Both the position numbers and the translations under genes were made by a program. Source: a virus. Taken from it: a DNA stretch of 64,000 nt. Of this stretch, positions 56,260 through 64,000 are shown piece by piece; position 1 is the first letter of the stretch; the number at the start of each line of letters is the position of its first letter. The notes beneath the pieces were generated by a model. The model was not told where the DNA came from. It ran no database searches and saw only the letters and a program-made list of their open reading frames with translations. The stretch is taken from IMG/VR virus record IMGVR_UViG_3300025704_000003. One strand, given 5' to 3'.

Positions 56260-59200
56260 ATGGCAAACAGATTTACAGAGAATCTCTTTAGCAATACGTA
56301 TAAAGATGATTATAAAGACAGTGACAATTACTATAGAGTATTGTTTAACGCTGGTAAAGCTCTTCAAGCAAGAGAGCTTACCCAGATGCAAACTATTATT
56401 CAAAAAGAGATTGAGCGCTTTGGACGTAATATTTTTAAAGAAGGCGCTTCCGTAAATCCAGGCGGACCGACACTAAATACCAGATATGAATTTATTAAAC
56501 TCGATACGACAACAAATACGCTTCCCGTTGATACTACCGCAATCGTGGGAGATGAGTTTACTGGCCAAGATTCAACCTTTAAGTTTATAGTATTAGAAGT
56601 AGTTGCGGCTACCGCTAGCGATCCGGCAACATTATATGTAAGATATACAGATACACTTAACGCAACAACGTTCGATACTTCAAGAACAGTAACTGCAAGT
56701 GAAGATGTTGTAGGAACAAATTCTGGTGTTACTCTTACAGTACAGGCAACTGATACTGTTGTAAATCCTGCTACAGGATTTGGTTCTCGTATTTCGATCG
56801 AAAAGGGTGATTTCTTTGTACAAGGACATTTTGTTTTTGTAGCTAAACAATCTAAAATTATCAGTAAATATACATCTTTGCCTACTGTAACAGTTGGGTT
56901 TAAGATAACTCAAGACATTGTTTCTTCTACAGACGCTGAAGCATTATATGATAATCAGGGAGCTACTCCTAATACCTCAGCTCCTGGAGCTGATCGCTAT
57001 AGAATCAGATTAATTATTGCAACAGATGATGAAGTAGATTCCGATGAAAACTTTGTATATTTCTGTCGTGTTATTAATGGTGTTATTTTTGATATTGTAA
57101 CCGGTAATAATCAATACAAAGCCATCGAAGATCGTATGGCTCAACGTACAAAAGATATTAACGGCGATTTCCTAATTTCACCCTTTATCTTAAACTTTGA
57201 AGATGATTCAAATGCTAACTTTTTGAGAGCAGTAGTCTCTCCTGGATTAGCGTATGTTAATGGTTATCGTGCAGAAAAACAATATCCTACAAGAATTAGA
57301 GTTGCAAAGGCTCAAGAAACATCTAATCTAAATAACCAAGTTGTTGCTGCAAACTATGGTAATTACATAATTTGTGATACTATTGTTGGTACTCCTAACG
57401 TTAACGTTTTCCAAGTTCGTAACTTAAGAAGCGCAACTGGACATGGCGGATCTACGATTGGTACTTGTCGTTCACGATATATCGAAGAAGACGGTGCTAA
57501 TTTTAGAATATACATTTTTGATATCGTAATGAACTCTGGCCAAAAGTTTTCTGATGTACGTTCAATCGGTGGTTCAGCTCTAGATTATGCAGACATCTTA
57601 CTAGATAACGGAAACGCTATTCTAAACGATATTGGTAATAATAACCTACTATTTGAATTACCTTTTACTAGACCTAAAACGCTATCTGATATTTCCTTAG
57701 AAGTACAACGTAAATTTAACGCAACATTCGATGCGTCAGGTCAGGCTACTCTTACAGTTACAGCAACCGGTGAGACGTTTGCAAATACTGGAGATTGGAT
57801 TGTATCAGTAGATTCTGATGGTGAAATTATTACTCCAACAATCACTGGCTCAGGTAGCCAATCTGCAGCTCTTTCAAATGGTCCAACAAACACGAACGTT
57901 GAGGTTATTACAAAAGTTAACAAGTCTTCAGGTTCTGTTCGCACAAAGACTCTCTTGGAAACAACAGTTTCAGGTGTAGTTGAGTCTGATGGTAATGGCC
58001 TTAAATTCCTTGAGCTAGAAAAACCAGATCTATTTAAACTCGATCGTTTAAGAGATTCTGATTCCGACGGCGCCGATAGATTAAATGACTTTATTATTGA
58101 TAACGGTCAACGCGATAACTGGTATGGTCCTGCACGTCTCATATTAAAGGGTAACAAAACAGCTCCAACCGGCGATCTATTTGCACGATTTAGATATTTT
58201 CAGCATGGTGCGTCTGGCGACTTCTTCGCTGTTAACTCATATACCGGTCAGGTAAATTACGGTGATATTCCATCTCACACATTGAATGACGGAAACAAAG
58301 TTGAACTAAGAAACGTTTTAGATTTCCGTCCTCGTAAAACTGATAAAGACTCTGACTTTACCGGCGGTACAGCCCGTATTAACGAATTGCCAACAAATAC
58401 TGATCTTATCACAGCTGACGCTGAATATTATTTGCCTAGGTTTGATAGATTTGTTATAGACCAAGATGCAAACATATTTAACATCAAAGGCAGATCTGAT
58501 CTTCAGCCGCAATATCCAGATATTCCTGAAAATACCTTAAACTTATTTGACGTTAATATGGCTCCGTTTACAATCGACGATTCAGACGTTGGTAGTATTC
58601 CTATCGATAAGAAAAAATTCTCTATGGATGATATTTCTTCTATCGAGAAAAAGGTTGATAACCTATTTGAACTTACAACACTATCGTTACTAGAGACTGG
58701 ATTATCTAACTTTGCAGTCTTTGATTCTACAGGCAATGATAGAACAAAGGCTGGATTCTTAGTTGATAACTTCCAAGATCAGCTTGCTACAGATTTTAAT
58801 AACGTTGAGTATAGAGCATCTATTGATCCTCAGGCACAAATATTAAGACCTTCTTTCAGAGAAGAAAATATTCGGCTTATTTACGATTCTGATTTGTCTA
58901 CAAATACTGTTATCAAAGGTGATAACGTTTACATGAAATTTAGTGAAGTTGATTACTTAAATCAACCTCAAGTTTCTGGGACAATGAACATTAATCCGTT
59001 TAATGTTATCACTAACCAAGGCGTCGTAACTCTTTCACCAGCTTCAGATGATTGGAGAGAGACGCAACGTATTGCTGATAATGTGATTAGTGGCGGTACT
59101 GTTACTCGAATAAGCGGTAGCCAAGCTCAGCTGTTTAATAATTCACAATGGAATTGGGGTGGTACTTCAACTGGTGATACTAGACAACAAAGTCTAGGCT

Positions 59201-61494
59201 CATCGACCAGCAATAGTAGTAGGACCTCAACTGCAACAGGTAATGGCGCAGCAGGTAATTGGAGAGCAACAGCTACGCGTACGACTACAACTGACATTAC
59301 TACTGTAACTACAAGAACTGCCGTTGCACGAGTTGCATCTTTCTCCACTATTCGAAGCGTCGTAGGTGATAGAGTAGTCGATGTTGCAATGATACCGTTT
59401 ATGAGATCTCGACGAGTCAGCTTTAGAGCCGAAGGGTTAAAGCCAAATCACAGAATGTTCCCATTTTTTGATGGAGTAGGCGTCGATAATTGGGTTAGAT
59501 CCGGTAGCTTTACTCGAATTTCTGCAACAGACAATGAAGCAGGCAATAGGTATGATAGAAACACCGGTCATCCTGATGGCGGCGGAACATCTTTGTTTAC
59601 TGATAATGAAGGTAAAGTAGAAGGCGAATTCTTTATTCCGAATACTGATACAGAACGATTCCGTACTGGTGTGAGAGAATTCAAGCTGCTTGATATTTCA
59701 GGTAATAATGAAGAAAACGCAACGTCTATGGCAATTGCAGCGTACGTAGCTCAAGGTGTTTTAGAAACACGACAACGCACTGTCAGATCTACTCGAGTTA
59801 GAAATGTTGCAACAAGTACGGTTAGCAACTCTAGTTCTAGCGTAACAGGATCAAGAACAGGTATATCAGTTACTTCTTGGAATGTCGCTACAGGCGAACG
59901 TCGAGTTAATGGTGTAGTCGTTACTCCGCCTCGTACAATAAGACAAGCTGATCCTCTTGCTCAGACATTCTTTGTAAGCGATCAAGATGGTGTGTTTATT
60001 ACCAGTGTAGATATTTACTTTAACTCAAAAGACGATATTATTCCGGCACAACTTCAGTTGCGTCCAACGGTTAATGGCGTTCCTGCTTCTGACGAAATCA
60101 TGCCAGGTTCAGTGGTATTTAAATCTCCTTCAAATATTAATGTGTCTGATGATGCTACAGCAGTAACAACATTCACATTCGAAGAGCCTGTCTTCCTAAT
60201 GCCATACGAAGAATATTCAGTAGTTCTTCTTTCTGAATGTGATAGCTATAACGTCTATATCGCAGAAACAGAAGAATTTATTCTTAATTCTACTGAAAAA
60301 CGTATTACATCTCAGCCTGCAATGGGATCATTGTTTAAGTCACAAAACGGTTCAACATGGGAACCGGATCAAGCAAAAGATCTTATGTTTAAAATCAAGA
60401 GAGCTAAATTCTCAACTGATAATGCAGAAATTATTATGAGAAATGGTACCGTTCCGTTGCGCCTGCTTAACGTAGATCCTATCTCTGCAGTAAGCGGAGA
60501 TGCTACATTAACAATTAATCATGAAGATCATGGATTTGTTGCTGGAGACGACGTTAAGATTTATGGTTTTGATTCAGCTCTTACTTATGCAGGACTTGAC
60601 GGCACTGATATTTTAGGAACAAGAGAAATCACATCGGTTGATCATGACAACTTTACGGTTGAAGCTAGTGGCAATGCTACATTAACAAAATCAATTGGAG
60701 GGTTTGCAGTTCTAAATAGCCAAAACATTCCATTCGAAGAAGTTTGGCCGTATCTTGAAACTAATCTTCCGCAGTCTACGTCTTTAGCTGTATCAGGTAA
60801 ATTTATGACAGGTAAGTCCATTGCCGGTTCTGAGACTGCATATAGTCAAGATTTAGCTTATTCTCCTTTAGCGCTTCGTAATAGAAATATTTTCAATGCG
60901 CCTAGAGTTATCGCTTCAGATTATATTGAAACTGCAAATCTAGCATCCGGAGAAAAATCAGCAACTATCAAAGTTGATTTAGAAACAGCGTCCGAATATG
61001 TATCACCGGTTGTTGATATGCAACGTGCTGCTCTTTGGTTGACGCACAATAGAATTGATAATCCAGATTCTGATGGATCCTCTTTAACAAATATTAATAC
61101 TCCGTTAAACTTCATTGCAGAAACAGACAAAACTGGTGGCACTATAATATCGAAACATATCACAAGACCTGTAACTTTAGCAGAAGCTTCTGTTGGTCTT
61201 AAAATTATTCTTGGTGCCAACCGTCCATCAGTTGCAAATTTTGAAATGTATTATAAAGCAATTAGTGATGACGCTAGATTTGAAGATGTTGACTGGGTAG
61301 AAGTTAAGCGGGAAGTTAATCTTCCTTCTGATGAAAATCCAGCAATTTTCAGAGATTACCAATTTATTGTTGGTGGTCAAGGTGGATTGGCAGTACCATT
61401 TAACAGATTTATTATTAAACTTGTAATGACATCTACTAATAATGCAAGAGTTCCAACATTTAAGGACCTAAGAGTAATAGCTTTGGCAGTTTAA
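56260..61494 (+). CDS. large virion structural protein (DUF4815/VrlC-like)
   Basis: YYRVLF..G.ALQARELTQMQ, APGADRY, PG.AYVNGY, DFRP, KAGFLVDNF, DPLAQTF. Confidence 0.8.
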   Translation: MANRFTENLFSNTYKDDYKDSDNYYRVLFNAGKALQARELTQMQTIIQKEIERFGRNIFKEGASVNPGGPTLNTRYEFIKLDTTTNTLPVDTTAIVGDEFTGQDSTFKFIVLEVVAATASDPATLYVRYTDTLNATTFDTSRTVTASEDVVGTNSGVTLTVQATDTVVNPATGFGSRISIEKGDFFVQGHFVFVAKQSKIISKYTSLPTVTVGFKITQDIVSSTDAEALYDNQGATPNTSAPGADRYRIRLIIATDDEVDSDENFVYFCRVINGVIFDIVTGNNQYKAIEDRMAQRTKDINGDFLISPFILNFEDDSNANFLRAVVSPGLAYVNGYRAEKQYPTRIRVAKAQETSNLNNQVVAANYGNYIICDTIVGTPNVNVFQVRNLRSATGHGGSTIGTCRSRYIEEDGANFRIYIFDIVMNSGQKFSDVRSIGGSALDYADILLDNGNAILNDIGNNNLLFELPFTRPKTLSDISLEVQRKFNATFDASGQATLTVTATGETFANTGDWIVSVDSDGEIITPTITGSGSQSAALSNGPTNTNVEVITKVNKSSGSVRTKTLLETTVSGVVESDGNGLKFLELEKPDLFKLDRLRDSDSDGADRLNDFIIDNGQRDNWYGPARLILKGNKTAPTGDLFARFRYFQHGASGDFFAVNSYTGQVNYGDIPSHTLNDGNKVELRNVLDFRPRKTDKDSDFTGGTARINELPTNTDLITADAEYYLPRFDRFVIDQDANIFNIKGRSDLQPQYPDIPENTLNLFDVNMAPFTIDDSDVGSIPIDKKKFSMDDISSIEKKVDNLFELTTLSLLETGLSNFAVFDSTGNDRTKAGFLVDNFQDQLATDFNNVEYRASIDPQAQILRPSFREENIRLIYDSDLSTNTVIKGDNVYMKFSEVDYLNQPQVSGTMNINPFNVITNQGVVTLSPASDDWRETQRIADNVISGGTVTRISGSQAQLFNNSQWNWGGTSTGDTRQQSLGSSTSNSSRTSTATGNGAAGNWRATATRTTTTDITTVTTRTAVARVASFSTIRSVVGDRVVDVAMIPFMRSRRVSFRAEGLKPNHRMFPFFDGVGVDNWVRSGSFTRISATDNEAGNRYDRNTGHPDGGGTSLFTDNEGKVEGEFFIPNTDTERFRTGVREFKLLDISGNNEENATSMAIAAYVAQGVLETRQRTVRSTRVRNVATSTVSNSSSSVTGSRTGISVTSWNVATGERRVNGVVVTPPRTIRQADPLAQTFFVSDQDGVFITSVDIYFNSKDDIIPAQLQLRPTVNGVPASDEIMPGSVVFKSPSNINVSDDATAVTTFTFEEPVFLMPYEEYSVVLLSECDSYNVYIAETEEFILNSTEKRITSQPAMGSLFKSQNGSTWEPDQAKDLMFKIKRAKFSTDNAEIIMRNGTVPLRLLNVDPISAVSGDATLTINHEDHGFVAGDDVKIYGFDSALTYAGLDGTDILGTREITSVDHDNFTVEASGNATLTKSIGGFAVLNSQNIPFEEVWPYLETNLPQSTSLAVSGKFMTGKSIAGSETAYSQDLAYSPLALRNRNIFNAPRVIASDYIETANLASGEKSATIKVDLETASEYVSPVVDMQRAALWLTHNRIDNPDSDGSSLTNINTPLNFIAETDKTGGTIISKHITRPVTLAEASVGLKIILGANRPSVANFEMYYKAISDDARFEDVDWVEVKREVNLPSDENPAIFRDYQFIVGGQGGLAVPFNRFIIKLVMTSTNNARVPTFKDLRVIALAV

Positions 61495-61495
61495 A

Positions 61496-61729
61496 ATGAA
61501 AGATAAATATCAGAAAGTACAGGGTACAGAATCGTTTTTTCGAGACCCTAATAATGGTGCAATAGTGAATGTAAATGCTGAAGAAATTAAAAGAGCTAGA
61601 CACCTCAAGGCTGAAAGAAAAAAGAAAGCCTTAGAGTTTGAATTAGTAAAAGACGATGTTGATAATATAAAAAAAGATATGGCCGATATTAAGGGGCTGT
61701 TGCAAAGATTGGTAGAAAACAATGGCTAG
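61496..61729 (+). CDS. small conserved coiled-coil protein
   Basis: KV.G...RDP..GAIVN motif. Confidence 0.75.
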   Translation: MKDKYQKVQGTESFFRDPNNGAIVNVNAEEIKRARHLKAERKKKALEFELVKDDVDNIKKDMADIKGLLQRLVENNG

Positions 61730-62108
61730 AATTTATGTCGATCTAAATGACTTAGTTAGCGCATGGAGAGAAAAGTTTAACGACTTAAGTTATAAAGTCG
61801 GAGACTTGGATCTTCTTACAACTACTGGAGATTCCGACCTTGTAGAATCTATTAATGAATTAGATTCTGATTTAGGCTTGTTACAAACTCAGGTTGATGC
61901 AATTGCAACTTTGGATTCAGCGCAAACCATTTCTTTAATTGGCGGCACGTTTCCAGTTAATACTTCAGATATCGCAAACGGTGCAGTTGTAGCAGCTAAA
62001 ATTGGTGATGATGAAGTTGGGAGTGAACATCTTAGAAACCTGCAAACATTAATAATCTATGACTCATCAGGAGTGGCTTTAAAGACACTTTATTCAGCTG
62101 GAACTTAA
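61722..62108 (+). CDS. putative virion structural protein
   Basis: WR.K.N, VGDL..L.T...DLV..INE. Confidence 0.65.
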   Translation: MARIYVDLNDLVSAWREKFNDLSYKVGDLDLLTTTGDSDLVESINELDSDLGLLQTQVDAIATLDSAQTISLIGGTFPVNTSDIANGAVVAAKIGDDEVGSEHLRNLQTLIIYDSSGVALKTLYSAGT

Positions 62109-62110
62109 TT

Positions 62111-63145
62111 ATGGCAGTTGTAAAGCCTTTAAAGAGAGTCGGCAGCGATTTAAGAGTTATGTCCGCTGCCGAAGTTACAAACATTATTGATGAAATAATT
62201 CGCATATATGGCAATGATCCTGGTGTTTCGCTTGAAGTAACAGACGATTCTCCTGATGGATCACTTTTTGAATTTAAACTAGGCACTCTTATTGATAGAA
62301 GATTGCGTGCTAGTACAGCGATTTCGCGGTCAAGTGGTGCATATTCAAACCCATCTGGACTTACTTCAGTTCCAACGTATAATGCTGTAAATTATATTAG
62401 AGTGTTAACCGAGTTGAACTGGCGCTCATCTTTTCCCTATAAAGATCGCTCTGGTAGTACGTATGCAAATCACTCGTATCCGCTATTTTACGATGAAGAT
62501 AATAATTACATTAAAGCTATGTCATGGATTGACATAAGAGATACGTTTATACAACCAGCTATTGAAAGATTGGTTTCTTCTACAACAGTACCTGCTGATA
62601 ATGCAGGTACTTACTTTGTGTCTACGTCTTTATCAGAATCAGACGCTACACTTATGTCGTCAACTCCTATTGCTATAGATACTACTGAAGACATAAATGC
62701 ATTTAGTGTAGGAGATTTACCTGAAGCTCTCGATCAAGTAAATGTAGTTTCTCAAACTGAATTCTATTTGCACAGAGTTAATGCGGTATCTCATGTAGAT
62801 TTTAATTTGCCTGTTGTATCATGGTCTATCGACGATCACATAAAAACAATAGATAGAGATGTTTTTAGAGATATGTTAAAAGATCTTATAAAATATTGGT
62901 CAGTAGATCCCGCTAATGTATGGGATAAAGCAATACGCTATCAATTTGGAACGTCATCTTATCTTAGCGGTTTTGATTTTAATACAAGAGGTACTGGTAT
63001 AACTGATACATATGTTTTGAACTATATTGAAAGACAAGATCAAAACGCGCCAGATCCAAATGCTAGTATATACTATGCACAAAATGTTCCTACCGGAACA
63101 CCATCTATAGAGTCTACCAATTTTTTAGGAATAGGTAATACTTAA
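62111..63145 (+). CDS. hypothetical (putative structural) protein
   Basis: 344 aa in late operon. Confidence 0.7.
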   Translation: MAVVKPLKRVGSDLRVMSAAEVTNIIDEIIRIYGNDPGVSLEVTDDSPDGSLFEFKLGTLIDRRLRASTAISRSSGAYSNPSGLTSVPTYNAVNYIRVLTELNWRSSFPYKDRSGSTYANHSYPLFYDEDNNYIKAMSWIDIRDTFIQPAIERLVSSTTVPADNAGTYFVSTSLSESDATLMSSTPIAIDTTEDINAFSVGDLPEALDQVNVVSQTEFYLHRVNAVSHVDFNLPVVSWSIDDHIKTIDRDVFRDMLKDLIKYWSVDPANVWDKAIRYQFGTSSYLSGFDFNTRGTGITDTYVLNYIERQDQNAPDPNASIYYAQNVPTGTPSIESTNFLGIGNT

Positions 63146-63158
63146 TGAAAGGTTTATT

Positions 63159-64000
63159 ATGGCAAGATTTTCTAACAAGATCCAAGATGTTAAATTTGTA
63201 GATCAAAAAGAAAAAACTATTGAGATTCTATATGGAATAGATGATCAAACGCATTCTTATATTCTAGAATTAAATTATAATAACCAAGATTTCTTAGATC
63301 TCTTGGATGAGTTTACTATTGAAAATATTCAAGATAGAACAAAAAATTATTATAGCTCTCTAGAAAATCGTAAAAATAGAACCCTTCATGATGCAGCAAA
63401 GTCCATGTTCGATGAATGGGTAATAAATGCTCAAATTGAATTAGACAAGCAAGACGAAGAACGTTATAAGCTTTTCGAAAAATACAAAGAAAAAGAACTT
63501 AAAATTTTACAAGCTGAACTCGATGAACAAGTGTCATATAGAGTTTCTGAAGGATTTAAAGGCGTTGACAAATACAAAGAAGAACAACTAAGTATTCTTC
63601 AAGCAGAAGTTGATGAACAAATAGAAAAGCGTTATAAAGAAGCTGATGCCTATAAGCAAGAACAACTAAACACTCTCCAATCTGAAGTTGATTTACAGAT
63701 TGAAGAACGTTATAAAGAAGCTGATGCCTATAAGCAAGAACAACTAGATGCACTGCAATCTGAAGTTGATTTGCAGATTGAAGAACGTTATAAAGAAGTA
63801 GAGTTGTACAAAAAAGAACAATTAGAAGTTCTACAACAAGAGCTTGATGAACAAGTAGAACGTAGAGTTTCTGAAGGGTTTAAAGATGTTGATGAATATC
63901 GCGACTCTCAACTGAAAATTCTACAATCAGAATTAGATGTTCAAGTTGAGGAAAGATATAAGCAGGCGGATGCTTATAGATCAGAACAACTAGGTATATT
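63159..64000 (+). CDS. partial coiled-coil protein with 26/30-aa tandem repeats (runs off window)
   Basis: MARFSNKIQD...; repeated ERYKEADAYKQEQLxxLQSEVDLQIE. Confidence 0.8.
   Translation, partial: MARFSNKIQDVKFVDQKEKTIEILYGIDDQTHSYILELNYNNQDFLDLLDEFTIENIQDRTKNYYSSLENRKNRTLHDAAKSMFDEWVINAQIELDKQDEERYKLFEKYKEKELKILQAELDEQVSYRVSEGFKGVDKYKEEQLSILQAEVDEQIEKRYKEADAYKQEQLNTLQSEVDLQIEERYKEADAYKQEQLDALQSEVDLQIEERYKEVELYKKEQLEVLQQELDEQVERRVSEGFKDVDEYRDSQLKILQSELDVQVEERYKQADAYRSEQLGI

Noticed and set aside
619-63753. Many antisense or alternate-frame ORFs in the track (e.g. 11716-12372, 38003-38503, 45573-46103)
   Set aside because: Lie inside well-supported genes, with no RBS or motifs; treated as shadow ORFs
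1-64000. CRISPR array or mini-array
   Set aside because: No regularly spaced 25-40 bp direct repeats with unique spacers seen; repeats are coding or dispersed promoters
1-64000. Stop-codon reassignment or diversity-generating retroelement
   Set aside because: Standard code gives dense full-length genes ending in TAA, TAG and TGA; no reverse transcriptase or TR/VR pair seen

Overview
A 64 kb, AT-rich, gene-dense segment of a large T4-like myovirus genome, probably marine with a Gram-negative host (alphaproteobacterial host is inference only). Layout: (i) 0.4-10.9 kb late-expressed block of conserved hypotheticals, many starting with a motif like the T4 internal-protein capsid-targeting sequence, then an overlapping spanin pair; (ii) 11-18.4 kb class II (B12-dependent) ribonucleotide reductase, GIY-YIG-like and DenV-like proteins, PhoH, M15 endolysin, exonuclease, HAD phosphatase; (iii) 18.6-23.9 kb glycosyl-/sulfo-/methyltransferase operon; (iv) 23.9-35 kb accessory small ORFs, tRNA-Arg(UCU), IscA-like gene, SGNH/radical SAM/SPASM cassette; (v) gp33 and gp32; (vi) 36.6-64 kb tail and baseplate module (tape-measure-like, gp51, gp26, gp54-like, gp2, gp4, gp48, gp53, hub, a three-part gp5, gp25, gp6, gp7-like, gp9, gp8, large VrlC-like protein, partial repeat protein). 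Regulatory signals read directly: nine TGTAC(A/T)-N17-TAnnnn promoters and several TATAAATA late promoters. Strongest leads: a candidate -1 frameshift fusing gp26 to gp51 just upstream of the tape-measure-like gene, the putative capsid-packaged protein cluster, an RBS-sequestering hairpin that straddles a promoter, and leaderless transcripts. All product calls come from motif recognition and synteny by eye; no searches were run.
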